Positions 9,133-18,363 are shown, counted from the stretch's first letter. The stretch is 64,000 nucleotides of DNA from a virus (IMGVR_UViG_3300020685_000002); one strand, 5' to 3'. Numbers and translations are program-made. Notes: a model not told the origin generated them from the sequence alone.

Positions 9133-10637
9133 TGATAGAAGTACATAAAATAAACGAATCCTTTGTTATCCTTAAATGCGATAGAGGAATAGCCCAAGAA
9201 TTATCTGAATATTTTTCGTTTCTAGTTCCTGGTTACAAATATATGCCTGCATTTAAAAATAAAATGTGGGATGGAAAATTAAGATTAGCTAAACTTCTTC
9301 CAAATGGTGATGTTGAATTTTATGTCGGATTAATTAACCAACTAGAAATATTTTGTTCGGACAGAGAATATTCCCTAATTAAAAATTATGATGATCGTTT
9401 GAATTTAATTTCATCAGAAGAATTACAATGCTTTATTGAAAAATTAAATATACATTCTTACGGAAAACGTATTGAAGTTAGAGATTATCAATTTGAATGT
9501 GTGTTAGATTTTTTAAATACGAAAAGAATGGTAGGATTAAGTCCAACCAGTTCTGGAAAGAGTCTGATTCTTTATATTATAATACGCTATTTAATACAAA
9601 ATACTTGTAAAAAAACATTATTAATTGTACCAAATGTATCATTATGCCACCAATTAGCCTCAGATTTTGTAGATTATGCATCACACAATAAATGGGATTC
9701 TGATAATCATATACATCTAGTGTTTTCCGGAAAAGATAAAGATGCTGATAAAGAAATAATTTTATCTACATGGCAATCTTTATATACCATAAAAGATAAA
9801 AATTACTTTAAACAATTTGATCTTGTTATTTGTGATGAAGCGCATCTTTCTTCAGGAAAAGAAATAACTACTATAATAGAAAAGTGTATTAATGCTGAAT
9901 ATAGAATTGGTGTAACTGGTACTCTAAATGGTCAAAAAATACATTCATTGCAGTTAGAATCATTATTTGGTCCAGTAAAAAAAGTTATTACAACAAAAGA
10001 ATTAATGGATAATAATCAAGTAACAAATTTAGCCATTAAATGTATTGTATTAAAGTATCCAGAAGAAATAACAAAACTTACCCAAAATTTAAAATACCAA
10101 GAAGAATTAGATTTTATTATATCAAATAAAGAAAGAAATAAATTTATTAAAAATCTAACTTTATCTCTTAAAGGAAATACATTATTGTTGTATCAATTCG
10201 TAGAAAAGCATGGAGATGTGTTATATAACCTTATTTCTAATTCGAAATTTGCACAAGATAAAATTGTATACTATATACATGGAGATATAAAAGCGGAAGA
10301 AAGGGAATCTATAAGAAAGGCGATGGAGACTCAAAATAATGTTATTCTAATAGGTTCTGTTGGTACTGTTTCTACTGGAACAAATATTAAAAACTTACAC
10401 AACATTATTTTTGCAAGTCCAAGCAAATCAAGAGTTAGAAATCTCCAAGCAATTGGAAGGGTTCTTCGACTTAATGAGAATAAGGATAAAGCTATCCTTT
10501 ATGATTTAGCAGACGATCTGAGGTATAAAAAGCATCAAAATTATACTATTCTTCATTTTAAAGAAAGAATTAAAATTTACAATGAAGAAAAATTTAATTA
10601 TAAATTGATTAATATTGATCTAGATCAGACCCTATAG
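9132..10637 (+). CDS. uvsW: UvsW SF2 DNA/RNA helicase.
   Basis: Walker A (GLSPTSSGKSL), a DEAH box (VICDEAHLSS), and helicase C motifs including QAIGRVLR are present. It is 501 aa. Confidence 0.85.
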   Translation: MIEVHKINESFVILKCDRGIAQELSEYFSFLVPGYKYMPAFKNKMWDGKLRLAKLLPNGDVEFYVGLINQLEIFCSDREYSLIKNYDDRLNLISSEELQCFIEKLNIHSYGKRIEVRDYQFECVLDFLNTKRMVGLSPTSSGKSLILYIIIRYLIQNTCKKTLLIVPNVSLCHQLASDFVDYASHNKWDSDNHIHLVFSGKDKDADKEIILSTWQSLYTIKDKNYFKQFDLVICDEAHLSSGKEITTIIEKCINAEYRIGVTGTLNGQKIHSLQLESLFGPVKKVITTKELMDNNQVTNLAIKCIVLKYPEEITKLTQNLKYQEELDFIISNKERNKFIKNLTLSLKGNTLLLYQFVEKHGDVLYNLISNSKFAQDKIVYYIHGDIKAEERESIRKAMETQNNVILIGSVGTVSTGTNIKNLHNIIFASPSKSRVRNLQAIGRVLRLNENKDKAILYDLADDLRYKKHQNYTILHFKERIKIYNEEKFNYKLINIDLDQTL

Positions 10638-10740
10638 ATCTTAATTACGGCTAACTGGAGGCTTACTGTTTAATGATATTTTTTAATTGACCTTATAGTA
10701 TCAATTAGTAATTATCTATCTTCAAATGCTTTAAAATGAT

Positions 10741-11006
10741 GGTTGCGAGCGCAGCGAAGCAGGAGCGAAGCGACTTAATAAGACCTAATTGAATTTAATT
10801 AATACTATCTCTACTTTAAAAATATTAATTGAATTTAAACTACATCGAGTTGCTTTAACTCGTCGCTTCGCTCCTGCTTCGCTGCGCTCGCACAACATCT
10901 ATTTTGTTTAATATTAGATTTAAACTACATCGAGTTGCTTTAACTCGTCGCTTCGCTCCTGCTTCGCTGCGCTCGCACAACATCTATTTTGTTTAATATT
11001 AGATTT
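10741..11006. repeat. GC-rich inverted and tandem repeat element. A 34-nt arm at 10741-10774 is matched by its reverse complement inside each of two tandem 85-bp units (10837-10921 and 10922-11006).
   Basis: GGTTGCGAGCGCAGCGAAGCAGGAGCGAAGCGAC is matched by GTCGCTTCGCTCCTGCTTCGCTGCGCTCGCAC in both tandem units. The element is a sharp GC spike in an AT-rich intergenic region. Confidence 0.8.
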
Positions 11007-11482
11007 AAGCAGCAGCGAAGGATATGACACCCCATTTTCAGGGGGCATCAAAATTTTTTTTAGATTTATGACAGTAAGTATTTTTATTTGAATCCGCATT
11101 ATTGGGCTCTGTACCTTACCCCACTTACTACGATTTTTAAAGAGAACTCGGTGTCAGTTTCTCTATATAATGCTTTTTATGAATTCTAGATCGAATAAAA
11201 TATATTAACAAGTTAATGTTCTATTCTGACCTTTATTTAACCTTTTACGATTATCTTAACCGAATCCCAGAACGGCTGGTACGATTTAAGGCATCCCTTT
11301 CGGGGCAGAAGATAAAAGACTACGGTATGAAGCGTAGATTTGGAGTACCATCTCCTTTAAGAATGGATTTTCCGGTGAAATATAAATCGGCTCACCAACC
11401 TTTAAACTCATACATTTATAGTTAATATTTAGTCAATACTAAATACACATAAATCAAAGTCTACTATAACATTTAAAAAAAG

Positions 11483-11710
11483 TCAAGCATTATTTTTAAT
11501 TTTTTTCTTGTATCCTTTTTCGTAGCATAATTTTTTTCTAGGTTTCTTTTTTTGTTTTGTATATTTATGTTCTTCGTAATATGCTTCTAATTTTCTAAAC
11601 ATATTAATATCTGTTGTATACCAGCGCCTATATTGGTGGTCAAAGTAAATCCCAATTCTTTTAGCTCGGTCTAACTGTTCTTTATTATCAAATTGTAAAT
11701 ATGTTATCAT
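11483..11710 (-). CDS. Hypothetical small basic protein.
   Basis: The 75 aa ORF has plausible amino-acid composition (KRIGIYFDHQYRRWYT) and a Lys-rich C-terminus. It has no recognised family. Confidence 0.35.
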   Translation of the reverse strand: MITYLQFDNKEQLDRAKRIGIYFDHQYRRWYTTDINMFRKLEAYYEEHKYTKQKKKPRKKLCYEKGYKKKIKNNA

Positions 11711-11775
11711 ATTAAAATACCGTTTAAATAAAAATATATATAATTATATATTAATGTTATTTTGAGGTTTGTATT

Positions 11776-12159
11776 ATGATTGAAAAGTTTGAATTGAAAA
11801 TTATTAGAATGAAGACGGGCGAAGATCTTATTGGTTTTTGTTTTGAAGATAGAATTAATAATAAGATAATAATAAAATACCCAAAAACATTTTATTCCTA
11901 TATAGATCCAGATACAAGTGATGAAGAGATTGTCCTTATTGATTGGCTTCCTAAACTTGCTTTTTATTCGCAAGAAGTTAAATTTGATTCCAGCAACGTT
12001 TTATTTTCATCTTATACGAATACTGCATTTGGTTATCAATACCTTTCTGTGATACAAGATTCATTAGATGAGACGACAGAATTAGCAACAAAAATACAAA
12101 AATTGTTATCTGAAACAAAAGATTCTTTTCCTGAAGTTAAAAATGATATATTACATTAA
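11776..12159 (+). CDS. Hypothetical protein.
   Basis: The 127 aa ORF has balanced composition. The overlapping minus-strand ORF 11707..11973 is a low-complexity AT-rich artefact. Confidence 0.5.
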   Translation: MIEKFELKIIRMKTGEDLIGFCFEDRINNKIIIKYPKTFYSYIDPDTSDEEIVLIDWLPKLAFYSQEVKFDSSNVLFSSYTNTAFGYQYLSVIQDSLDETTELATKIQKLLSETKDSFPEVKNDILH

Positions 12160-12164
12160 AACTA

Positions 12165-12193
12165 TTGACTTTTTTATAATTCTATAGTATAAT
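12165..12193 (+). promoter_or_regulatory. Sigma70-consensus early promoter TTGACT-N17-TATAAT upstream of g55.
   Basis: Perfect -35 and -10 hexamers with 17-nt spacing lie 30 nt upstream of the g55 ATG. Confidence 0.6.
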
Positions 12194-12222
12194 TGGAAAA
12201 AGTGTAATAATATGAGGTTAAA

Positions 12223-12894
12223 ATGAAAGAATTAGATTTAGATTTAGATATAAGGTTTGATGAAGTCATACCAGAAGAAATTATTCCTGAGGAAATCTTT
12301 TTAGATGATCCTATAAAAGACGAAACTGTAAAAGTTAAAAGGAAGAAGGTTCCAAAGAATTATATTAATAATGCAGATTTTTATGAAGCTATTGTAGAAT
12401 ATAAGAAAAAATGTGATTTAGCTAAAGAAAATGGAACAAAAAAACCGATTGTTTCCAATTATATTGGTGAGTGTTTTACAAAGTTAGCAGAGGGTCTTTC
12501 TAGAAGACCAAATTTTTTCGGTTATTCTTATCGTGATGAAATGGTTTCTGATGGTATAGAAAATTGTTTGAGATATATTGAAAATTTTAATCCAGAAAAA
12601 ACAAAAAACCCTTTTGCATATTTTACCCAAATATTATGGTGGGCTTTTGTTCGTAGAATTAAAAAAGAAAAAACACAACAATACATCAAATATAAAGCTA
12701 CAGAAAATTTTGGTATTTTAGATACTGCTGAATTGATGGAATTGGGTGATGGAAATATTAAACAAATTGAAGTTTATGATAATTTATATGAGTATATTAA
12801 GAAATTTGAAGAAACATCTTTAAAGAAAACAGAAAAACCCATAAAAGAAAAGCAAATTAAAGTTTGTGGAATTGAAACTTTCTTGGAGGGTTAA
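12223..12894 (+). CDS. 55: Late transcription sigma factor gp55.
   Basis: AEGLSRRPNFFGYSYRDEMVSDGIE..NPFAYFTQI..FVRRIKKEK aligns with T4 gp55. Confidence 0.85.
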   Translation: MKELDLDLDIRFDEVIPEEIIPEEIFLDDPIKDETVKVKRKKVPKNYINNADFYEAIVEYKKKCDLAKENGTKKPIVSNYIGECFTKLAEGLSRRPNFFGYSYRDEMVSDGIENCLRYIENFNPEKTKNPFAYFTQILWWAFVRRIKKEKTQQYIKYKATENFGILDTAELMELGDGNIKQIEVYDNLYEYIKKFEETSLKKTEKPIKEKQIKVCGIETFLEG

Positions 12895-13961
12895 TGAAAT
12901 TCGTTTTTCTTGGCGATACACATTTCGGTTGTAGAAATGCGAATCAACACCTTCAAGGTTTATTTGAAAAATTTTATTCAGAAACATTCTTTCCATATTT
13001 ACTTAAAAATGATATAAAATTAGTTATACAACTTGGTGATATTTTTGATTCTAGAAAATATTCTAATCATAATGCTTTGCATGAAGCAAAGAAGATGTTT
13101 TTCTCTAAATTCGAAGAATATGATATAAAACTTATAACATTACTTGGGAATCATGATATTGCTTTTAAAGAATCGTTATCTGTCAGTTCGTCAGATTTAT
13201 TTTTATCTCAGTTTGAGAATGTTGAAGTAATAAAAGAACCATCTAGAATATTAAAAGATGGTGTTAGTATAGATATTATTCCGTGGATCTGTAAAGAAAA
13301 TTATGAAGAATGTGTTAAATTTATAAAACAATCAAGTTCTGAAATGTGTGTCGGCCATTTTGAAATCCAAGGTTTTAAAATGTATCAAGGTGGTATTTCT
13401 TCTGAGCATGGATTATCAGAAAAAACTTTTTCTAATTATGATAGAGTTTTGTCTGGCCATTATCATCACAGGTCTAAGAAAGGTAATATAGAATATATTG
13501 GTACACCTTATGAAATGACTTGGCAAGATTTTGGCGACCAAAAAGGTTTTCATTTGTTTGATACAGAAACTAGAAAACTACAATTTATTAAAAACCCCTT
13601 TTCAATTTATGTAAAGGTTGATTATGATGATACTGGTGTTGAAATAACAAATTCAAGTTATTTGGATAAAGAGTATCTTGAACAATTTAAATCTAAATAT
13701 GTAAAAATACAAGTAAAAGAAAAAACAAATCCATATCTTTATGATTTGTTTATTGATCAAGTATATGCACAAAACCCTATAGATGTTTCTACAATAGAAG
13801 AAATTGTTGATACTGAGGTTGAGGATTCTATTGATGAAACAGATGATACATTGACAATCACATACAAATATATTGATGGAATAAATCAACAAGATTTAGA
13901 TAAAGTTAAATTGAAAAATATAATGAATAGTTTATATAATGATGCGTTGGCGGTAGAATGA
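12894..13961 (+). CDS. 47: Recombination endonuclease subunit gp47 (Mre11-like).
   Basis: N-terminus MKFVFLGDTHFG plus GDIFD and GNHD calcineurin-like phosphoesterase motifs. Its start overlaps the g55 stop. Confidence 0.85.
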   Translation: MKFVFLGDTHFGCRNANQHLQGLFEKFYSETFFPYLLKNDIKLVIQLGDIFDSRKYSNHNALHEAKKMFFSKFEEYDIKLITLLGNHDIAFKESLSVSSSDLFLSQFENVEVIKEPSRILKDGVSIDIIPWICKENYEECVKFIKQSSSEMCVGHFEIQGFKMYQGGISSEHGLSEKTFSNYDRVLSGHYHHRSKKGNIEYIGTPYEMTWQDFGDQKGFHLFDTETRKLQFIKNPFSIYVKVDYDDTGVEITNSSYLDKEYLEQFKSKYVKIQVKEKTNPYLYDLFIDQVYAQNPIDVSTIEEIVDTEVEDSIDETDDTLTITYKYIDGINQQDLDKVKLKNIMNSLYNDALAVE

Positions 13962-15670
13962 TTATTTTTACAAAAGTAAGATTTAAAAATCTATTATCTT
14001 ATGGGAATACATTTACTGAAATTGAATTAAATACAGCAAATAAAACATTGTTGTGTGGAAAAAATGGTTTTGGTAAATCTGTTGCTATTGATGCAATAAC
14101 ATTTGCATTATATGGAAAGCCATTCAGGAAAATAAACAAATCGGGTTTATTAAATTCAATTAATAAATTAGAATTGGTTACTGAAATTGAATTCTCTATT
14201 GGGTCACATTATTATAAAATAATTCGTGGCATTAAACCAAATATCTTTGAAATTTATTGCAATGACGTTTTAGTGCAACAAGACGCAAAAGTTAAAGATT
14301 ATCAAGATCATCTAGAACGTTATATCCTCAAAATGAGCTATAAATCCTTTACTCAGGTGGTGATTTTAGGTTCAGCGAGATATACTCCGTTTATGCAATT
14401 ATCAGCTTCTGATAGACGCTCAGTTATTGAGGATTTACTTGATATCCAGATTTTTTCGAATATGAATCTTATTGTAAAGGATAAATTATCTGCGTTGAAA
14501 GAATCAATACAAGATTGTAAATATAATATAGAATTGTATAAAGATAAAATTGATATTCAGAAATCTAATATAAAGCAAAGTAAAAAAGCATCAGAAGAAA
14601 TAATATTAAAAAAAGAATCTTTAATTGCTAATACATTTAATGATGCTGAATTGCATCAAAATGAATTAAATACTTTGTTGGAAATTAATCAATCTTTATC
14701 TGAAATTATTTTAGATTTTGATTTAGTAGAATCAAAAAAACAAAAATTTGTTGTTATCCAAGAAAAATTTAAAACAAATAAGTTAAAATTTGAAAAAGAA
14801 AATTCTTTTTATGATTCTAATAATAATTGTCCAACATGCAAACAATCAATAGATTTGGAATTTAAATCGTCAATTGTTGAAAGTAATAATACAAAACTAC
14901 AACAATTAAAGGATGGTGAAGAGAAATTATCTGGAGAATTATTAAGTGTTAAAAAAAGATTAGAAGAAATTAATATAATAAACAAAACTATATCAGAAAA
15001 TAATATAGAAATTTCTAAACTTAATGCTTCTATCGTTTCAGCTCATAAATATATAAAATTGATTTCTCATGAATTGCAAGAACTAAATGTTGTAAATCAA
15101 ACTGAAGGGAGTGATAATTTACAGTCTTTGGTTGAGAGTCTTGATGTTTATGTTGAAAATTATGAAGAATATATAATTGAAAAATCTTATTATGATTTTA
15201 TATCTGTTATGTTGAAAGATGGTGGGATTAAAACGCGGATAATTAAACAATATCTTCCAGTTTTAAACAAATATATAAATCAATATTTGACTCAATTAGA
15301 TTTTTTTGTTAATTTTAATATAAATGAAAATTTTGAAGAAGTAATTAAATCTAGACATAGAGACGAATTTACATATTCAAATTTTTCTGAGGGCGAAAAG
15401 ATGAGATTAGATCTTGCTGTCTTATTTTCGTTTAGACAATTAGCAAGATTAAAAAATTCAGTAAATACAAATTTATTGATTTTGGACGAAGTTATGGATT
15501 CTAGCTTAGATGCTAATGGAACAGATGTTTTTATGGATCTCATTTCTTCTACAGATAAACATACAAATATTTTTGTAATAAGTCATAAAACGGATCAGAT
15601 TTCTGATAAGTTTGATAGAATATTACAATTTGATAAAGTGAAAAATTTCTCTAAAATGAAGGTGATCTAA
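13958..15670 (+). CDS. 46: Recombination endonuclease subunit gp46 (Rad50/SbcC-like ATPase).
   Basis: N-terminal Walker A (GKNGFGKS), a long coiled-coil middle with a CPTC zinc hook, and C-terminal signature and Walker B motifs (LILDEVMDSSLD). Confidence 0.85.
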   Translation: MIIFTKVRFKNLLSYGNTFTEIELNTANKTLLCGKNGFGKSVAIDAITFALYGKPFRKINKSGLLNSINKLELVTEIEFSIGSHYYKIIRGIKPNIFEIYCNDVLVQQDAKVKDYQDHLERYILKMSYKSFTQVVILGSARYTPFMQLSASDRRSVIEDLLDIQIFSNMNLIVKDKLSALKESIQDCKYNIELYKDKIDIQKSNIKQSKKASEEIILKKESLIANTFNDAELHQNELNTLLEINQSLSEIILDFDLVESKKQKFVVIQEKFKTNKLKFEKENSFYDSNNNCPTCKQSIDLEFKSSIVESNNTKLQQLKDGEEKLSGELLSVKKRLEEINIINKTISENNIEISKLNASIVSAHKYIKLISHELQELNVVNQTEGSDNLQSLVESLDVYVENYEEYIIEKSYYDFISVMLKDGGIKTRIIKQYLPVLNKYINQYLTQLDFFVNFNINENFEEVIKSRHRDEFTYSNFSEGEKMRLDLAVLFSFRQLARLKNSVNTNLLILDEVMDSSLDANGTDVFMDLISSTDKHTNIFVISHKTDQISDKFDRILQFDKVKNFSKMKVI

Positions 15671-15672
15671 CT

Positions 15673-16269
15673 ATGCAAGAAATAGTTTATAATACAAATG
15701 AATTAAACCCTCCAGCGAAAATAGTTCCAGAGTTTGAACCTTATACGTTGGCTCCTCAGGATGCTGAAATATTAGGATCGAAAATACAAATTTTTGATTT
15801 TGGATATCCAAATCATGATCCATTAGAAATTGGTTCTAGATTAGTAGAAACTGCAAAATTGCATAATTCTTTTGGGATTGCAGCAAATCAATGTGGTGAA
15901 AGATATAGGGTTTTTGTTGCTGGTGCTGATGAAAATTATATTGCATTTTTTAACCCAGAAATTATACTTGAATCTGAAGAAACGTCATTAATTCCTGAAA
16001 CAGATTTGAGTAATATGGGTTTGTTGTTGCATGTTAAACGGCCAAAATCTGTAACTGTTCAATTTCAAGATTTAAATGGTCAACTACAAACATTACACTT
16101 CGATGGTTTAACTGCAAGAATTGTACAACAATGTATTGACAGGTTAAATGGTATTGGGTTTGAGATGCGAGTTTCAAAATTGGTTCTTGATAGAGCAACT
16201 AAAGCTCTTGATAAAAAGGTTAAAAAATTCGTAAAACAAAATACTTATATAAAAACGGTGAGAAAATAA
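15673..16269 (+). CDS. Peptide deformylase-like protein with degenerate metal-binding and catalytic motifs.
   Basis: PDF motif 1 GIAANQCG is retained. Motif 2 EGCLS reads ETDLS and motif 3 QHExDH reads QQCIDR. The overall PDF fold alignment to E. coli Def is clear by eye. Confidence 0.6.
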   Translation: MQEIVYNTNELNPPAKIVPEFEPYTLAPQDAEILGSKIQIFDFGYPNHDPLEIGSRLVETAKLHNSFGIAANQCGERYRVFVAGADENYIAFFNPEIILESEETSLIPETDLSNMGLLLHVKRPKSVTVQFQDLNGQLQTLHFDGLTARIVQQCIDRLNGIGFEMRVSKLVLDRATKALDKKVKKFVKQNTYIKTVRK

Positions 16270-16292
16270 TTTTAATTTAAAGGTGAAATATT

Positions 16293-17087
16293 ATGGAAAT
16301 AAAAATTAGTAAAGAAACATTGGAAGGAAAATCAATATTTATTGCAACACCAATGTATGGTGGTCAATGCCTTGGTATGTATATGAAATCTTGTTTGGAC
16401 CTTCAAACATTATGTATCCAATATGGTGTTGAAATTAAATTCTCATTTCTTTTTAATGAGAGTCTTATCCAAAGAGCTAGAAATTATCTAGTTGATGAAT
16501 TTGTACGGTCTTCATGCACACATATGATGTTTATTGATGCAGATATTTCTTTCAATCCAATTGATATTCTTGCAATGATCTCTTTGGATAAAGATATTAT
16601 TGGCGCACCATATCCAAAGAAAACTATTAAGTGGTCTAATGTCAAAAAGGCTATTTTAAAAAATCCAGATATTGATGTTGGGGAATTAGAAAAACTTGGT
16701 GGTGATATTGTATTTAATCCAGTTGCTGGGACAGAAAGATTTAGTGTAACAGATCCTCTTGAAGTATTGGAAGTTGGTACTGGAATGATGATGATTCGTA
16801 GAGATGTTTTTGAGCGATATAAAGAAGCATATCCAGAATATTCTTATCTTCCTGATCATGTTGGTACTGCAAATTTTAGTGGTGATAGAGAGATTATGTC
16901 ATATTTTAATGTTGAGATTGATCCAGGATCAAGAAGAACTTTGAGTGAAGATTATCACTTCTGTCAGCATAGTAGAAAAATTGGTATTCAAATTTGGATG
17001 GCTCCATGGATTATTTGTGGTCATACTGGAACCTATATGTTCCAAGGAAGTCTTCCTTCAATTGCAGCAAATTTGGGCGAATTATAA
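16293..17087 (+). CDS. Putative GT-A fold glycosyltransferase-like protein.
   Basis: IATPMYGG and FIDADI (DxD-like) motifs plus a C-terminal ED..F signature. The family assignment is uncertain. Confidence 0.35.
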   Translation: MEIKISKETLEGKSIFIATPMYGGQCLGMYMKSCLDLQTLCIQYGVEIKFSFLFNESLIQRARNYLVDEFVRSSCTHMMFIDADISFNPIDILAMISLDKDIIGAPYPKKTIKWSNVKKAILKNPDIDVGELEKLGGDIVFNPVAGTERFSVTDPLEVLEVGTGMMMIRRDVFERYKEAYPEYSYLPDHVGTANFSGDREIMSYFNVEIDPGSRRTLSEDYHFCQHSRKIGIQIWMAPWIICGHTGTYMFQGSLPSIAANLGEL

Positions 17088-17094
17088 AAAGTGC

Positions 17095-17123
17095 TTGACA
17101 ATTTAAAATATATGCTATACAAT
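17095..17123 (+). promoter_or_regulatory. Sigma70-like promoter TTGACA-N17-TACAAT.
   Basis: Consensus -35 and a near-consensus -10 lie 32 nt upstream of the ATG at 17155. Confidence 0.5.
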
Positions 17124-17154
17124 AATATTGTAGTTTGAATTTGAGAAATATGTT

Positions 17155-17760
17155 ATGATTATTGGTTTATGTGGTTTAATTGGTTCAGGAAAAGGCACTG
17201 CTGGTGAAATCTTAGTGGAACATGGTTTTGTTCCACTATCATTTGCTGGTTCTCTTAAGGATGCTGTTTCTGCTATCTTTGGATGGGAAAGAGCATTACT
17301 TGAGGGTGATACTGATGAATCTAGAGATTTTAGAGAAGATGTTGATCCATTTTGGACAAAAAAGTTTGGAAGGGAGATTACCCCTAGAATTATATTACAG
17401 GAGTTTGGGACTGAGGTTGTTCGAAACAATTGTCTTGATTCTATTTGGGTTGATTCGCTTGAAAGAAAACTTTCTTTATATGAAAATGTTGTGGTTACAG
17501 ATGTTAGATTTTCTAATGAGATTGATTTCTTAAGAAACTTAAATGGTCAAATTATACAAATCAATAGAGGTGAATTACCTGAATGGTATTCTGTTGCTGA
17601 AAGAAACAATACATTGTATACTAATGATATTCTTTTTATAAGAGAATACCCAAGGATACATAAATCGGAATGGGGTTGGATAGGTAATAAAGGTATTGAC
17701 TATATAATTGACAATAATGGTTCAAAAGAAGATTTAGAACAAAAATTGTTGAACAGGTAG
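17155..17760 (+). CDS. Deoxynucleoside monophosphate kinase (T4 gp1-like P-loop kinase).
   Basis: P-loop GLIGSGKGT and a TDVRFSNEIDF region resemble T4 gp1 and the dephospho-CoA kinase fold. Confidence 0.55.
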   Translation: MIIGLCGLIGSGKGTAGEILVEHGFVPLSFAGSLKDAVSAIFGWERALLEGDTDESRDFREDVDPFWTKKFGREITPRIILQEFGTEVVRNNCLDSIWVDSLERKLSLYENVVVTDVRFSNEIDFLRNLNGQIIQINRGELPEWYSVAERNNTLYTNDILFIREYPRIHKSEWGWIGNKGIDYIIDNNGSKEDLEQKLLNR

Positions 17761-17782
17761 AATAGTGAAAAGTGAGCAGTGC

Positions 17783-17867
17783 TCTTAGGTACTCTAATGG
17801 TAAGAGATTTGACTGTTAATCAAACGTATACAGAAATGTTATGGGGGTTCGAGTCCCTCCCTAAGAG
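17783..17867 (+). tRNA. tRNA-like gene with anticodon GTT (Asn) and an unusual 18-nt variable region, flanked by a 16-bp extended inverted repeat.
   Basis: A cloverleaf can be drawn by hand. The acceptor is TCTTAGG/CCTAAGA, the D-arm is CTCT..AGAG, the anticodon stem is TTTGA/TCAAA with loop CTGTTAA, and the T-arm is GGGGG-TTCGAGT-CCCTC. The acceptor pairing extends outward as GAGCAGTGC...GCACTGCTC. Confidence 0.5.
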
Positions 17868-17985
17868 CACTGCTCATTTAAATAAATTACAAGGTAAAAT
17901 CTTGAAAGAAAACACTTCAAAGGTCGGGAGATACACTTTGAATAGTGGTGCAGTAAAAGTCTGTGATATCTCCCCCTTGTTTTGA

Positions 17986-18058
17986 GGATGGTAGCTCAAT
18001 GGTAGAGCAGTTTGTTAGAAATAACATTTAAGCATGGGTTCGAATCCCATCGTTCCTC
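17986..18058 (+). tRNA. Degenerate tRNA-like element or possible pseudo-tRNA.
   Basis: Canonical D-arm (GCTCAATGGTAGAGC) and T-arm (ATGGG-TTCGAAT-CCCAT) are present. The acceptor stem and anticodon arm cannot be folded cleanly. Confidence 0.3.
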
Positions 18059-18069
18059 ACTTAGTTTAT

Positions 18070-18145
18070 CTCTCTGTAGTGTAGTCTGGTAACATGATGC
18101 GTTTGGGGCGCATTGTCCTTCGTTCAAATCGAAGCAGAGAGACCA
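18070..18145 (+). tRNA. tRNA-Pro (anticodon TGG) with an encoded CCA end.
   Basis: The acceptor is CTCTCTG/CAGAGAG, the anticodon stem is ATGCG/CGCAT with loop TTTGGGG, the T-arm is CTTCG-TTCAAAT-CGAAG, and the 3' end reads A-CCA. Confidence 0.75.
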
Positions 18146-18149
18146 GTTT

Positions 18150-18240
18150 GGAAGAGTGGTTGAGTGGTTTAAGACAGCAGTCTTGAAAACTGTCGAGGGT
18201 TAATACCCCTCCGTGGGTTCGAATCCCACCTCTTCCGCCA
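18150..18240 (+). tRNA. tRNA-Ser (anticodon TGA), class II with a long variable arm and an encoded CCA end.
   Basis: The acceptor is GGAAGAG/CTCTTCC, the anticodon loop is CTTGAAA, the variable arm is long, the T-arm is GTGGG-TTCGAAT-CCCAC, and the 3' end reads G-CCA. Confidence 0.75.
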
Positions 18241-18245
18241 TTTTC

Positions 18246-18323
18246 GCACCACTAGCTCAATTGGTTAGAGCTCTCCGCTCATAACGGATAGGTTCTGGGT
18301 TCAAATCCCAGGTCGGTGCACCA
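18246..18323 (+). tRNA. tRNA with anticodon CAT (Met or Ile2). The acceptor stem is imperfect.
   Basis: D-arm AGCTCAATTGGTTAGAGCT, anticodon loop CTCATAA, T-arm CTGGG-TTCAAAT-CCCAG and a 3' CCA are present. Only 5 of 7 acceptor pairs can be drawn. Confidence 0.55.
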
Positions 18324-18334
18324 AATAAAATACT

Positions 18335-18363
18335 TGACAAAATCTTAATTATAAGTTATAATT
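18335..18363 (+). promoter_or_regulatory. Sigma70-consensus promoter TTGACA-N17-TATAAT upstream of g45.
   Basis: Perfect hexamers lie 36 nt upstream of the g45 ATG, directly after the tRNA cluster. Confidence 0.6.

Noticed and set aside
11707-11973. An 88-aa minus-strand ORF.
   Set aside because: Its composition is extremely low-complexity (FYYYLIINSIF). It overlaps the better plus-strand ORF 11776-12159.
17115-17533. ORFs 17115-17429 (minus) and 17222-17533 (plus).
   Set aside because: They overlap the dNMP kinase CDS, which carries the P-loop and a strong promoter and ribosome-binding-site context. These are alternate-frame artefacts.
17779-17985. The 68-aa track ORF overlapping the first tRNA.
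   Set aside because: It overlaps the tRNA-like gene and its inverted repeat. An RNA feature explains it better.
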